A stretch of DNA of 64,000 bases, taken from positions 2,666,001-2,730,000 of the forward strand of contig NEEC01000002.1 in the NCBI GenBank assembly GCA_002189035.1, read 5' to 3'. Position numbers and translations under genes: made by a program. Positions 51,040 through 62,160 of the stretch are shown in pieces. Each line of letters starts with the position of its first letter. Position 1 is the first letter of the stretch. The notes beneath the pieces are model-generated. The model had not been told where the DNA came from and ran no database searches. It worked only from the letters and a program-made list of their open reading frames with translations. This DNA is from Utricularia gibba. Taxonomy: Eukaryota; Plantae; Magnoliophyta.

Positions 51040-52030
51040 CAGAGCAAAACGTGGGCTCAGGCCGCACACACGCGAGAGGCTTTTGGGGTGGGTTTGCACC
51101 CCCCCTGCGCGTAGCCATTTATGGGTTTCAGAGCCCTCCGAGAGCCCAACCCGATCTAACAAATTAAGACCCTGCACGCGCACGAGGCCCAACTCACTCT
51201 CAAGCCCATCAAATGTATTGGGTTTTCTTCCCTTATAAACTAGTTGAACATGTGTTCAACTAGCAATGTGGGATAGAGCATCCCTTCTCCAATACATCTT
51301 ATTCCAACAATCCCCCATATATTGGAGAAGGCCCAAGTCTTGCAGGCTCTAATATCTGGAGAATGGTATCTTTCGATTATGAACCCATCTCTTGATTGCC
51401 CTACACATGTATCACTAAGTAGACGGTGAAATTGTATTTCTATGAACCGAATATTATTTTTTGATACAAAGGCATAGCCAATCACATCAAGCCCACCCCC
51501 ACATTTATCGACTATTTAACGCTCAAGCGCACCCATAAGCCTGGTGCAGCTCCTGTTGATTCATAAGTATTCTAGAGATCACATATATCTCATAGGAGCG
51601 TCTATTCTCCACACTTATATAGGTGTCTCTGCCTACCACACCCTGCTTCTATGTGTTACTGAATTTCATCAGCTACAGAGATATTAAGAGTAAGTACTCA
51701 TCCTTCCCTTTGTAGGTAGAACACATATTCCATAGGAACGACCACTTGCCAAGAGTTGTGTTCTCAAAACTAGCAATGACTTGTTATTACCCATATGAAC
51801 CTGATCAATGTGTTTCTCCTCTCACAGGTTGGGTTACCATCAATGTCGTTTACTTATCGGCATTAGTCTCATTCCCCACGAAAGCTCACAGATCTTCTCT
51901 CTATTGAGAGGCTTGGTCGGTGGATCGGCCAAATTCATTGACGTTCTCACGTATTCAACGGAGATCACACCGATTTTCAACAGCTGTCTCAATGTTCCAT
52001 GCCTCAGTATCACATGTATACTATTGCTTC
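51040..52030 (-). mobile_element. Ty1/copia 3' fragment: RNase H C-terminus, 3' untranslated region, PPT and start of the 3' LTR
   Basis: HVILRHGTLRQLLKIGVISVEYVRTSMNLADPPTKPLNREKI (copia RNase H end, cf. NIADPLTK), then PPT GGGGGAT (51316-51310) followed by TGTTGGAAT at 51309. The left boundary is uncertain. Confidence 0.8.
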
Positions 52031-52262
52031 GTTTTTTAATTTTGAATTGGAAAAAAGACAAATAAATTAAATATTATATCAAAATTTTTCAGAATTTTAA
52101 TGTTAAAATCTGAACATGTCAGTATCACATGTGTAATATTGTTTTGTTTTTTAATTTTGAATTGAAAAAAAAAAGATAAATTGATATAATGTTATACCAA
52201 ACTTTTTATAGAATTTTAATGCTAAAATCTGAACATGTCAATGTCACGTATGTATTATTGTG
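52005..52262. repeat. Imperfect tandem repeat, about 2.2 copies of a 115-119 bp unit
   Basis: Units start CAGTATCACATG at 52005 and 52120 and CAATGTCACGT at 52239; GAATTTTAATG.TAAAATCTGAACATGTCA is shared. Confidence 0.85.
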
Positions 52263-54253
52263 TTGAACAAATTGATTAAAATATAATATAAAAAGAAATA
52301 AATATATTATTTATTTGAATTTTCGTGTAAAATATAAATATAAATTGCTGATTGAATTTTGGTGTAAAAATTAAATAAGAAATGATGATGTAGAAATGAA
52401 GTGGAGCACTAGAATACAAAGTTGGCTAGAATTTGGAATTCTCTCCAAATTCCAAGTGTTGGTGTGATAAGGAATTTGCCCGAAACAAACCCTCTCCAAA
52501 TGCTATCTCATCTCTTAGTTGGTTGAAGAAAAAAGTATTCCTACTCTAAATGCCTTCTGAAAAATGAAGATTTTAGATAAAGGGTCATAAATGACAACAT
52601 ATTAAGAATGAAAAAAAAAAAAGAGAGATAGAAAAATAATACACACATTTGCCAATGTGAGGAATACGAAGAAAAGAGATATTTCTCACATATCTCAAGA
52701 ACATCTTTATGAAAAAAAAAAGAGATGATTTATACAACATACAAACACTCCAGGAGGAGACAAAAGACAAATCAAAAGGTTGGAGAATAAGGAGAAACAA
52801 TCTCAACCAAGAAAAAAAAACCCAAGAAACTCTATTTAAGGAGATATTGCTCCTAAATGGGAATACTATTGAGGAAGTGGAATTTAATTTACACTCACTT
52901 GCAGGAATTGAATATTTTATTTTTAAATTGTAGTTTTAGAGAGTATTTGATAGTATAGTATACAAGATTTTTATTTAAATTTACACATAAATCATTGTTT
53001 GATTAACTAGCATATGTATACGAGTCTTGTATTATATCACTCATATACTTATTTTTTGAGCATATGAATACTATATATAAATGAAGGAATGACTAATTAT
53101 ATTTATACTATTCACATACTCAAATTTTTATTTTTTAATATCAAACGTTATATATAATTGAATATATACATATTTAATTATATTATATTTAAAACATACT
53201 AATACTATATTATCAAATGACCTCTTATTGTTATCACCATGACTATAAACATGTTTTTATATTTGATTTATGAAGTTATTTTGTTTTATTGAGATATGAA
53301 TGTCTAGCTATTGTGTGGTGTCTTACGAAAAAATTTGGATGTGTGTGACATTGGCTTTGGGATCGAGACCTTGTGAGTATTTTATTACATATGAATGACT
53401 TTTACTAACAAATCAAAATAGATTCAAAAGGGAAAAGCATAATGCATTTAACATAAAATATATAGATTTCGACAATATCAAAATATAATTAGGATATAAG
53501 TCAACATTCCGACTAACCAAGTACAAAAAATTAAATGATTAAAGATTTTTTTATTGCAATAATCTATAAATTAAGATTTGTGGATAAACTATAATTGCAA
53601 CCTTTAATCCAAGAAAAATCAATATATAATTTTTAATTTTTTTAAGGATTCAGGAGACCGAATCAACAGGTGATTCCGCGCATGGGAATCCATGCATATC
53701 GCCAAAATCCCCCTAACTTAGATGAGAGGTGAATTCGATGTAAAATGATTAATATTAATTGAAACGTATATTATTATAATAAAATAATAAGCTTTTTAAT
53801 ATCAAATAAATGAAATATTAGGTGCATAATACTAATCAAATTATTAATTACAACGTTTCACTAGGATGATAATTAATTAGAGAAAAATTGAGTTTGGTAG
53901 GAAAGTCAAAGGGCTGGGGAAGGAAGGAATGACGCGTGAGAAACGACGTGGTGACATGCAAAGAGGATCTACCCTTTTTCATATTCAACATCACACATTC
54001 CCATGTATCGTCCTGCTGACCGACGATATTTTCAAACTCACACTCCCCATCTGCGCGTCCGCTCGCTTCGCCTGCTGCGTTCAAAGAAACGGATCTCGGG
54101 ACTGATCATTGAAGGAGACAAATCAAATCACCTCTTGAAGGGAAAATTTCAAGTCAACCGTCGGAATCACAAAGTCTTGCGCCGATGTTTCGTACACACC
54201 ACAGTGCAAATAAATACCCACATAGGCTGATTGTCATTCTTCCCACAGTTTAT

Positions 54254-54541
54254 ATGATGGGTATTCAAAGACTGGAGATCGCGCTTCTTGCTCTGCTCCT
54301 CCTGCTTCAAGTGACCTGCGAGGCCTCCAGAGTCCCCAGAGAGGAGCCACCTCCGTGGACCCTGAACCCCTCTCTTCTGCTGCAATCTTTGCAGGCTGGT
54401 CGGCAGGGGGGGCCGCCGTCCCCCAACCGGTCGACGTGGATTCCCCGGAGGCCGGCCTCGAGCACCCTTGGGAGGAGGCTTTTCGCAGGGGCCTCGGCGC
54501 GAGGATGGCTAAGTTGGGCGAAGGAGAAGACTGATGATTAG
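54254..54541 (+). CDS. Small secreted peptide precursor (95 aa), CTNIP/SCREW-like, cysteine-less variant
   Basis: Strong signal peptide (IALLALLLLLQVTCEA-SR), then LLLQSLQ..GPPSPNRSTWIP..STLGRRLFAG. GC-rich single exon in AT-rich surroundings. Confidence 0.65.
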   Translation: MMGIQRLEIALLALLLLLQVTCEASRVPREEPPPWTLNPSLLLQSLQAGRQGGPPSPNRSTWIPRRPASSTLGRRLFAGASARGWLSWAKEKTDD

Positions 54542-55543
54542 TGATGAGTGACGTAATTTGTGTAAACAAACACTTGATTCTTTTTTTTATTATTTTTTTT
54601 ACAGTAGAATGCAAAGGCCAGGGAATGGAATGGTCTTGTGCCCACCTCCGGTTGTGTGTAGAAATGTGATGATCCTATGTCCCTTCAGACAAACCCAATG
54701 CCGGTCGGAAACAACAATGTTTACAGTCAAGTGTTATTTCAAGAATTAGCACCTATTTTTCACTCATGTATTCATTTCCATTATTTATCGAAATGATATA
54801 ATTGATCTTTTGAAATTACTGTTAATTATCATTATTTAGTAATCAATCCATGATCTTTCAAAATTGATTATCATTATAAAAACCCTAATTTTTATCCCTA
54901 AGTATATTGGGAGTGGACAGTAGTTATGGACTTGCCATCACATATTCGTTGGAATCCGTGCACATGATGTGCAGGTGGAACGAATCGTAGCGGCTTCGTT
55001 GTACGTTAGTTTTTTTTATTTTTTTATATTTTTAATCATTAATTTTAATAATAAATATTTATTCATGTAATGAAATAATCAAAATCTTAATCGATTCATT
55101 TGATTTTCTTGCATTTTCATTCATTTCCATCTCGGGTGTTTGACTATCACCAATCAATTGCCATAGTTATGTGTCATTTCAAATCCAACAATTATCGTTT
55201 ATTAGTTACCACTTTAATTTTTATTTATTTTTTGTGAATGTTCAATTTTTGGTTAAAATTATTTTATTTTAGTATTTTAAAATAATTTAATATAATTTAA
55301 ATATTATAAATTGAAATTATCCCAATACATTCATAATTTTTCGAATCATGAATTAATGCATCCTAATTTGTGAATCAACGAATACACGCACCCGTATCTA
55401 TATATATACTAAGTTGTGATGTATAAAATCAATTTTGTCAAATAATAAAGAAGTAAAAGTTAAATATTTAAAACCAATTGTACGGATATTGAAACAATAG
55501 AGATAAAAATATTTAAAATAGAATATACAAAATAGACATGTTT

Positions 55544-55830
55544 ATAAATTATGAAAATAAAAATTAGAAATGCTATTTTCGCTAAATAGAGATAAAAATA
55601 CTATAAATTGATTTTGTTCTACATCCTAAATTTTGAGGACTAGACATGTTTCGTACAAAATAGTGCGGATAAATTATGAAAATAAAAATTAGAAATGCTA
55701 TTTTCGCTAAATAGAGATAAAAATACTATAAATTGATTTTGTTCTACATCCTAAATTTTGAGGACTAGACATGTTTCGTACAAAATAGTGCGGATAAATT
55801 ATGAAAATAAAAATTAGAAATGCTATTTTC
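55544..55830. repeat. Perfect tandem duplication, about 2.3 copies of a 125-bp unit
   Basis: ATAAATTATGAAAATAAAAATTAGAAATGCTATTTTC starts at 55544, 55669 and 55794; the two full copies read identical. Confidence 0.92.
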
Positions 55831-56604
55831 ACTAATTACTCACCATTCTGAAAAAAAAAATTAGTACAATCAATTCAATTCTATCGACTTTTGGCATCAC
55901 CAATTCAATTCTATCATGATTTTGGAGGTATTTAAATAATCAATTTGGGATATAAAATTATTATAAACAATTTTAACCATCATCTCTCTTCAAATAAATT
56001 TTTGTTGTATTTTTCTTTCAAAATTTCATTCCAATTTCGCTTGTATACAGACTAGGATTTCTTGGTGTTAATAGAAACGACTTTTCGCTATATTTTTTTT
56101 CCCTTCTCTTTTTGTATCAGTTGTTTTTATTTAATTTTTTATGGTCGACTGCATGCTTCTAAATATATTATTATTATTATTACTAATTATAAAAATTACT
56201 TCTATTTTTTTTATATTTGGCTTTTTTTTTTTCTGATGAGTAATTTCAAAGGTTAGGAAATGAGATGCATTTGGAGGTTGAATTCTGGGAAACAGATTTC
56301 GTGCAGCCAAGGGTGGAGTTGCTGAGGGTAAATCTACCTACCAACGCAGGGTTGGTAGTGCGTGCCGTACAGGAATAGAGGATGAATGGCGACTGCAAGG
56401 CTCCGCAGTTGGAAATTTCTGCCCCCGTCTCCTTGAAAAAAATCAGTAGATTCGGCAGTCAATTTTTCAGCTCATCCTTTTTGAATATACTTGTCAGCGA
56501 GTTCAGATCGCTAATGGCGGAGCCGAGCATCCACCACTTTTCATAAGAGAAACAAAGAAAGAAACAGTTACTTGCATTTCATCTGAGGCCCCGTTGCGGC
56601 GGAG

Positions 56605-56862
56605 ATGATGATGCGACGGAGCTCTTCACTTGTTCTCCACGCGTGGTTGCTTGCTGTTGCTCTCCGTCTGCAAACGAACGAAGGAACCCGAGTCCTTCAT
56701 GGCGAATCCCCGATACTACCGCTGCTGCTGTGGCGGGAGAGCAAGCCACCGTCTCCGAACGCCTGCTCGTACATTCCGGGAAGAGGCGATAGGCTGTGCC
56801 TGAGAGTCCTCGACGGGAAGAGCTTTGCCGCCGTGGCACCTGCACCGATTCATCTGACCTGA
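56605..56862 (+). CDS. Small secreted peptide precursor (85 aa), CTNIP/SCREW-like with two cysteines
   Basis: Hydrophobic N-terminus ending EG-TRVL, then PPSPNACSYIPGRGDRLC..DGKSFAA (CxxIP motif plus a second Cys). Confidence 0.68.
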   Translation: MMMRRSSSLVLHAWLLAVALRLQTNEGTRVLHGESPILPLLLWRESKPPSPNACSYIPGRGDRLCLRVLDGKSFAAVAPAPIHLT

Positions 56863-57753
56863 AACTGAAGCGCCTGCTCGTTAAGGAGGCTGCAGGCTGT
56901 GCTGTGCCTAGGAGGAATTAGACCGAGGAACAACGCCGTCAGGGACCTCCACCAATTCGATGGCCATCAAACTCAAGATACAATACTGTACAGTGCACAA
57001 CCTTTTCACCAACCAACCGTTCTTTTCATAGTTGTGTTGCAGCTTCTGAGTTTTTGAAGCTTTCGAGACAGAAGCCACATTTTGATAGAACACTAGCACA
57101 GAAATTGTACCAATTCACACGATATATTCGCACTGTATCAGAAGAAAAAATATGCAGACATCACTTAGCCACTGACATAAGAACAATAGCCTTATTGTTC
57201 ATGAAGATTTTCAAACCTGCTGGCGTGAGGCTGCTACCAAGGTCCCTGCTTCTAAGACAGCTGCAAAAGAACAGAAAATGGGCAAACATCCACACAGAGC
57301 TCGAATGCATTGTTGTTGTAATGGGTAACGACATATACATCAGCTGGGAACAAGTTTCCCGTACCATCATCTACCTATGAATGCACAAGATACAAGTAGA
57401 GAGGCCAGAGCATGAAGGCGAGTGACTTACAGGTTACACTGCAAATGCATTGCTGTCACTGAGAGAAGTGTAGATGAAACCTTAAGGTTCTCCCATCATC
57501 TACCAAAGAATACACAATAAAGGAGTGAACTTTTTGGCGTCATTAGAGATTGAAACACATCACAGATATAGAGGATTGAACGCGAAGCCATTTCCAAAAT
57601 CAGCATCCAATATATAAGTTAAGCAAAAAGCCCTGAAGCAGAACAAATCAGCAATTAGAGAAAGCCAAAACACTACCATAATTCGGGTCTGAAAGCAACT
57701 ACGGTGTACAACCAGATAAACATTTACATAGGGAGAGTGCAATCAAAACGTCA

Positions 57754-58740
57754 CTACTTTCTCCCTCTCTTAGCTACAACCTTCCTTGTTGGGGACTTGA
57801 CCGATTTAGGCTTTGAAACCTTAGTAGGGACCTTCTTTAACGGTGCTTTTCGAACCGCCGGCGGTTTTCTTGCAGGAGCAGAGGCCTTTCTGGGAGAAGA
57901 CCGTGTAGTTGTCTTGGCTGCCTTGGCAGGGGGCTTTTTCTCATCCTTCGACTTTTCGGGAGCCTTCCTCTTGGTAGCAGCAGCCTTTGGCTTTTCCGGA
58001 GAGGGCTTTGCAGTGGACTTTGGTTTGACTGCTGCCTTGGTCTTCGGAGCAACCTTAGACTTCGGTTTAGCAGAGGGCTTAGGTTTCGCAATTGCTTTGG
58101 AAGCGGCGACCTTCTTTGCCTTAGTAGCAGCAGCCTCAGGCTTCGGTTTCGCAGCAGGATTTGGCCTTGCAGCAACCTTAACCTTGGGTTTAGCGGAGGA
58201 TTTAGGTTTCCCTGGAGCGGGTTTCTTTACCGAAAGTGAAGTAGCTCCTGTCCTTAACCGAGTGGAAGGAAGCTTGTACGAACTCTTGATCTTAACAAGC
58301 TTGCCATTGACAACAAGCTTCTTCAACTGAAGCAACAAAATCTTCCTAAAGTTAGGCGGCAGAGCCTTCTCCTTATCCTCAATGAACTTCGTGATAGCGT
58401 ACTGGCTTGATCCTGTCTTTTCCTTCAGCGTTTCTACAGCCTCCTTAACCATCTAAACGCACAAACGCAGCGACTCAAAAAACGCATCCATTGGATTCAA
58501 TAAAAAAGAAATCAGAATCCCGATCCAACAACCAACCTCAAAATACGGCGGATGAGCCCGTGCACCACGCTTTCTCGGAGCCGGAACCTTCTTCGTCTTC
58601 GGCTCCTTCGCAGCAGCCGCCTTCTTACTCTTAGTTGCCTTCGGCACCTCGTCACTCTTCTCCGCCGCGGGCTCCTCCGCAGCCGGCGCAGGGTCAACTA
58701 ACGGCTCCTCAGCATGTTCCGGAACTCCCACATCAGCCAT
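57754..58740 (-). CDS. Linker histone H1 (300 aa)
   Basis: Exon 58740-58537 ending AHPPYFE, intron, exon 58452-57754: MVKEAVETLKEKTGSSQYAITKFIE..LKKLVVNGKLVKIKSSYKL (GH1 domain) followed by a K/A/P-rich tail with SPxK/R motifs. Confidence 0.96.
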
Positions 58741-58875
58741 GGGACACACTATCGAGAATCTAGGTTGAGAAATTGGGGATATCGCAGTACAGACACAAGT
58801 ATTCGACCAGAATTGCAACTCGGAATCCGAAACGGGAGCATTTAAATAAGGAGCGTTGATTCGAAAGGTGAAATC

Positions 58876-58905
58876 TGATTGGTCAGCACGTCATCGACGC
58901 GGATC
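58876..58905 (-). promoter_or_regulatory. Plant histone type III element (octamer-N14-CCAAT) with an embedded ACGTCA hexamer
   Basis: Minus strand reads GATCCGCG-tcgatgacgtgctg-ACCAATCA with an exact 14-nt spacer; TATTTAAA lies about 30 nt downstream. Confidence 0.85.
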
Positions 58906-59099
58906 CTCATCCCATCGCAAGTTTGAATTTCCTCCGTTGGATCCTAAACAAGTCTACGGCGCGCGTTTTCCTCATGGCATAATGGATTGATTCCACTCCA
59001 AATTGAAACTGAGAGGAGGATAGGGTGTGTTTTTATCCCTCATTCAATCATCAATATCTTAAGGTAAATTAATCACATTACAACTATTTCTTTTTCATC

Positions 59100-60660
59100 T
59101 AGTTGCAATTTTCGTAAGCTATCTAGCAAATGTTCATTTGAGTCGATAGCATCCGTATTCGTCGAGAAATTATGCTCTTAAGATGAAGTGGTCATAATGC
59201 AAGTCTTTGTGTACTGTGATGAAGTTTTAGAAAATTGTAGCATAGTAATAAGTTTGTAATGCAATTTTTGTGTTGGATCATGTACTGGATTAACATATGA
59301 TGCTATAGATGCTTAGATAGTACAATTCAGATAACATTTACACTATCAAATTTGGATTCAAAGCAAGGTGAAGATGAACATGTGCATATTATTCATTTAT
59401 ATAGTGTTGTCATGCATAGTTCTAAATGACTAGAGCATACTATTCTTATCTCCAACCATTTTATTGCATAAAAGTGATGTTTATAATCATATATAAAGCA
59501 ATGAGCAATGTTCAAATTTTACCAACATAATGTGCAAAACCAACATGATTATAATCTTTTGTCTATATGGTAAAACACTTGCCATTGACTAGTCTAAAAC
59601 TTGTGATGTCTAATGTTACTAACAAATAAACTGACATTTGAGTATGGTATATTGTTTAATGTTACTTTATATTGAATCAAAAGAAACTAACAAAAGAAAA
59701 AAAAATCAAAATTAATGATGTCACATGCAAATATACCTAATATCTTACATGTGCAATCCACACCTACATTTTTACTTGTTTACTCTTAATGCTCCAAATA
59801 ATCATTTATATAAGATTGTGCAAATTATCTATTCGAATTTTTGTTATACATTGTTGCACTTCATATCTAGTCTATAGAATACTACATATTATTAATCATT
59901 TCAATTTATGTGTCGATAAACATAAGGGAAAATGATATATATCTTCAACCAAATCTTTGTTTTTTTATAAATGAAAATTAAATTCAAATAAAACCTTCAA
60001 AATCAATTTTAAACCATTAAAATATAACGCGTTCAAAAAATACTCACAAATTCAACTTATATAAGATTATTATCAACCTTTTCAAGGTTTTCCTTATAAT
60101 ATCATTATTAACATTGAAGTTCACTATCACCATTAAGCTTGCAATTGAACTAGTTTGCAGTCAACGTTAATAGCATATATTTGGACATATTTTATCCATT
60201 TGATCAAGTGTTTTTAAAATAAAACTCATTCTTTTTTCTCATATTGTGATTGTAACTGTTTCAAATTTTCAATAAGTACTTATTACAAAAAGTATAATTG
60301 ACTTCTTTCTTCATGCTTTCATGTTCAAATTAAGGAAGTTTTACCTAATTTTCAAAGTTGTTATTTCCATTTTTTTAAAATATTAATCATATTTTACTTC
60401 AACTGAGAAGTGTTTTGACTGCACTACTTCTTTTTTGGTCGTACGCCTTCAATTGCTTCCACCACGGAGGAGCACTTCGTCGAGTTTCTTTTAGTCCAGT
60501 TTGTTTGCTTCTTCAATCCAGATTTCTCAATGACTTATTCCCTACACAAATACTGTTTGAGTGATACCTTTGAAGTCACAGAAGGCTTGATTAAGTTGTC
60601 TAAAATTGATTCCTCAAGAATTGTTTGATCAATCAGGTCTCGATTCACCTAGATGGTTAT
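59100..60660 (-). mobile_element. Possible very old hAT transposase remnant
   Basis: Only faint fragments on the minus strand: VHDPTQKLHY (cf. VLDPRYKL) and an ICxTxDxWTS-like stretch near 60150-60200; many stops. Confidence 0.3.
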
Positions 60661-60888
60661 GCCACGACGTGCTTATAAAAGTGAATGAGGACGCTGAGTG
60701 CTCCCTCATCCTATTATGGATTACGTGTCCATGTTTAACTTGAATACCGAATGTAATGACCCATATCCATTTTATATGATATTATTCATTTTAAATATTC
60801 AATCATTATGATTTTACATTTTTTCCATATTTGACCTGTCTTTCGAGGGGTTACCCTTATTAATTTTACCCTTGGTAAAACATACTTA

Positions 60889-61140
60889 GGCCTCGTTTGA
60901 TTTGTGGATTTAATTAGGTTTATACATAGGTTTAATATTTTACAATATTTGATATATAGGTTATTGTTGAGTTTAAATTTACCCACATGTTTAGATAAAT
61001 CCATCAATAATCCATTGATATAGATTTATATAAACCCACCCAGTATATCTACGTTAATTAAACAACAACTTTTTCCTAAACTAATATATCAAACGCATGT
61101 ATGATAAATCCAAATAATTTTAACACACGAACCAAATAAG
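60889..61140. mobile_element. Probable Tourist/PIF-like MITE
   Basis: Begins TTA-GGCCTCGTTTGATTTGTG; the right end CACGAACCAAATAAG matches its reverse complement at 11 of 15 positions. Confidence 0.4.
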
Positions 61141-62160
61141 TTTCTACATAAAACCCATAAATATGGGTTTAAAGATACCTAAATAATTTATATCACCAAC
61201 CTCTCTATCAATAATCCTTTGCCATAATTTTAGAATTTCTACCAATAATCCTTTGCCATGCTGAATAAAATACTTGTGTAAGATTTGTATGATCATTCTA
61301 TTCAATTTTATCATTTTTCTCAATCGTATCCAATATGAAAAACTATTAAAAACCGTTAGTTTTATATTCGGATTTGGGATTTCGGGAAATATTAAATATG
61401 CATAGTGTTGGAAACATATTCCAAACAAATATGTCAAAGAAAGTAAATAACATCGATATAATTCCAAAAGGAAAAGGAGATAATTTTGTTAAGCATTATG
61501 TCACACATGAAAATGAAGTCTCATAAACAATAAGATACAGTTTTCAAAACAACATTATTGTAAATATTTAAAATAAATAAATAAAAGGATTTTTTAAATC
61601 TAGAATACAAAAATCTCACTTTTTTGCCCAATTATTAGGAGCAAGTTAGTTTGAAATCCTAAATAGGGAAACAAGAATCATGAAAAATTAGTTTGAATTT
61701 GGCTTCGGTCAATTTTCTTATTGTGAGTTATATTTAAATGATGATACCGATAAAACTGAAGAAATAATGAGTTGATAAGGTAAAAATGTTATTATGTGAA
61801 TAGTTTTGAATAACACATCTAGTAAAAAAAAATAAACATAGGAAATAATATTGGTTTTAAAGAATCAAATAAATTGGTTTCATCATGCAAGTGGTAGATC
61901 CATTGTAGCTCTTATGTAAGACATCTAATGATTGTGTATTACTTATCAAAATGATAGGTGAGTAAGAAGGTATGAATATAATTGCTCATGTATTTCTCTT
62001 AGATCAATAAAGTTGGATTTAGTGTGATTACCTTATATAAATCCCAATAATTTTTTAATTTCATGTCTAATAAGAGATGCCATATTTGTCAATATCTAGC
62101 AATCCTTGTATCTGTCCCAACAACACGGTTGGTCTTTTCCACATTAACACAATGTGTTTA

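Larger units (their letters stand above)
46991..52477 (-). mobile_element. Decayed Mutator-like (MULE) DNA transposon with about 100-bp terminal inverted repeats, interrupted by LTR-retrotransposon fragments
   Basis: Transposase pieces on the minus strand between about 47800 and 49900: MuDR domain (FKDKTSMKETLNYYC), YEGPHSC, IFWAFGPCIHTFRYCHPVITFDKTHLY, LVTNRGAGLLSAIK..RFCMQHL, KSLNSVLRGTRRLPPKALVEATF. Inverted repeats at 46991-47090 and 52373-52477. Confidence 0.85.

Noticed and set aside
55395-56060. Helitron starting at A|TCTATATATATAC and containing the 125-bp repeats
   Set aside because: No 3' hairpin plus CTAG-T end could be located.
57704-58330. 208-aa plus-strand hydrophobic ORF
   Set aside because: Antisense shadow of the K/A/P-rich H1 tail.
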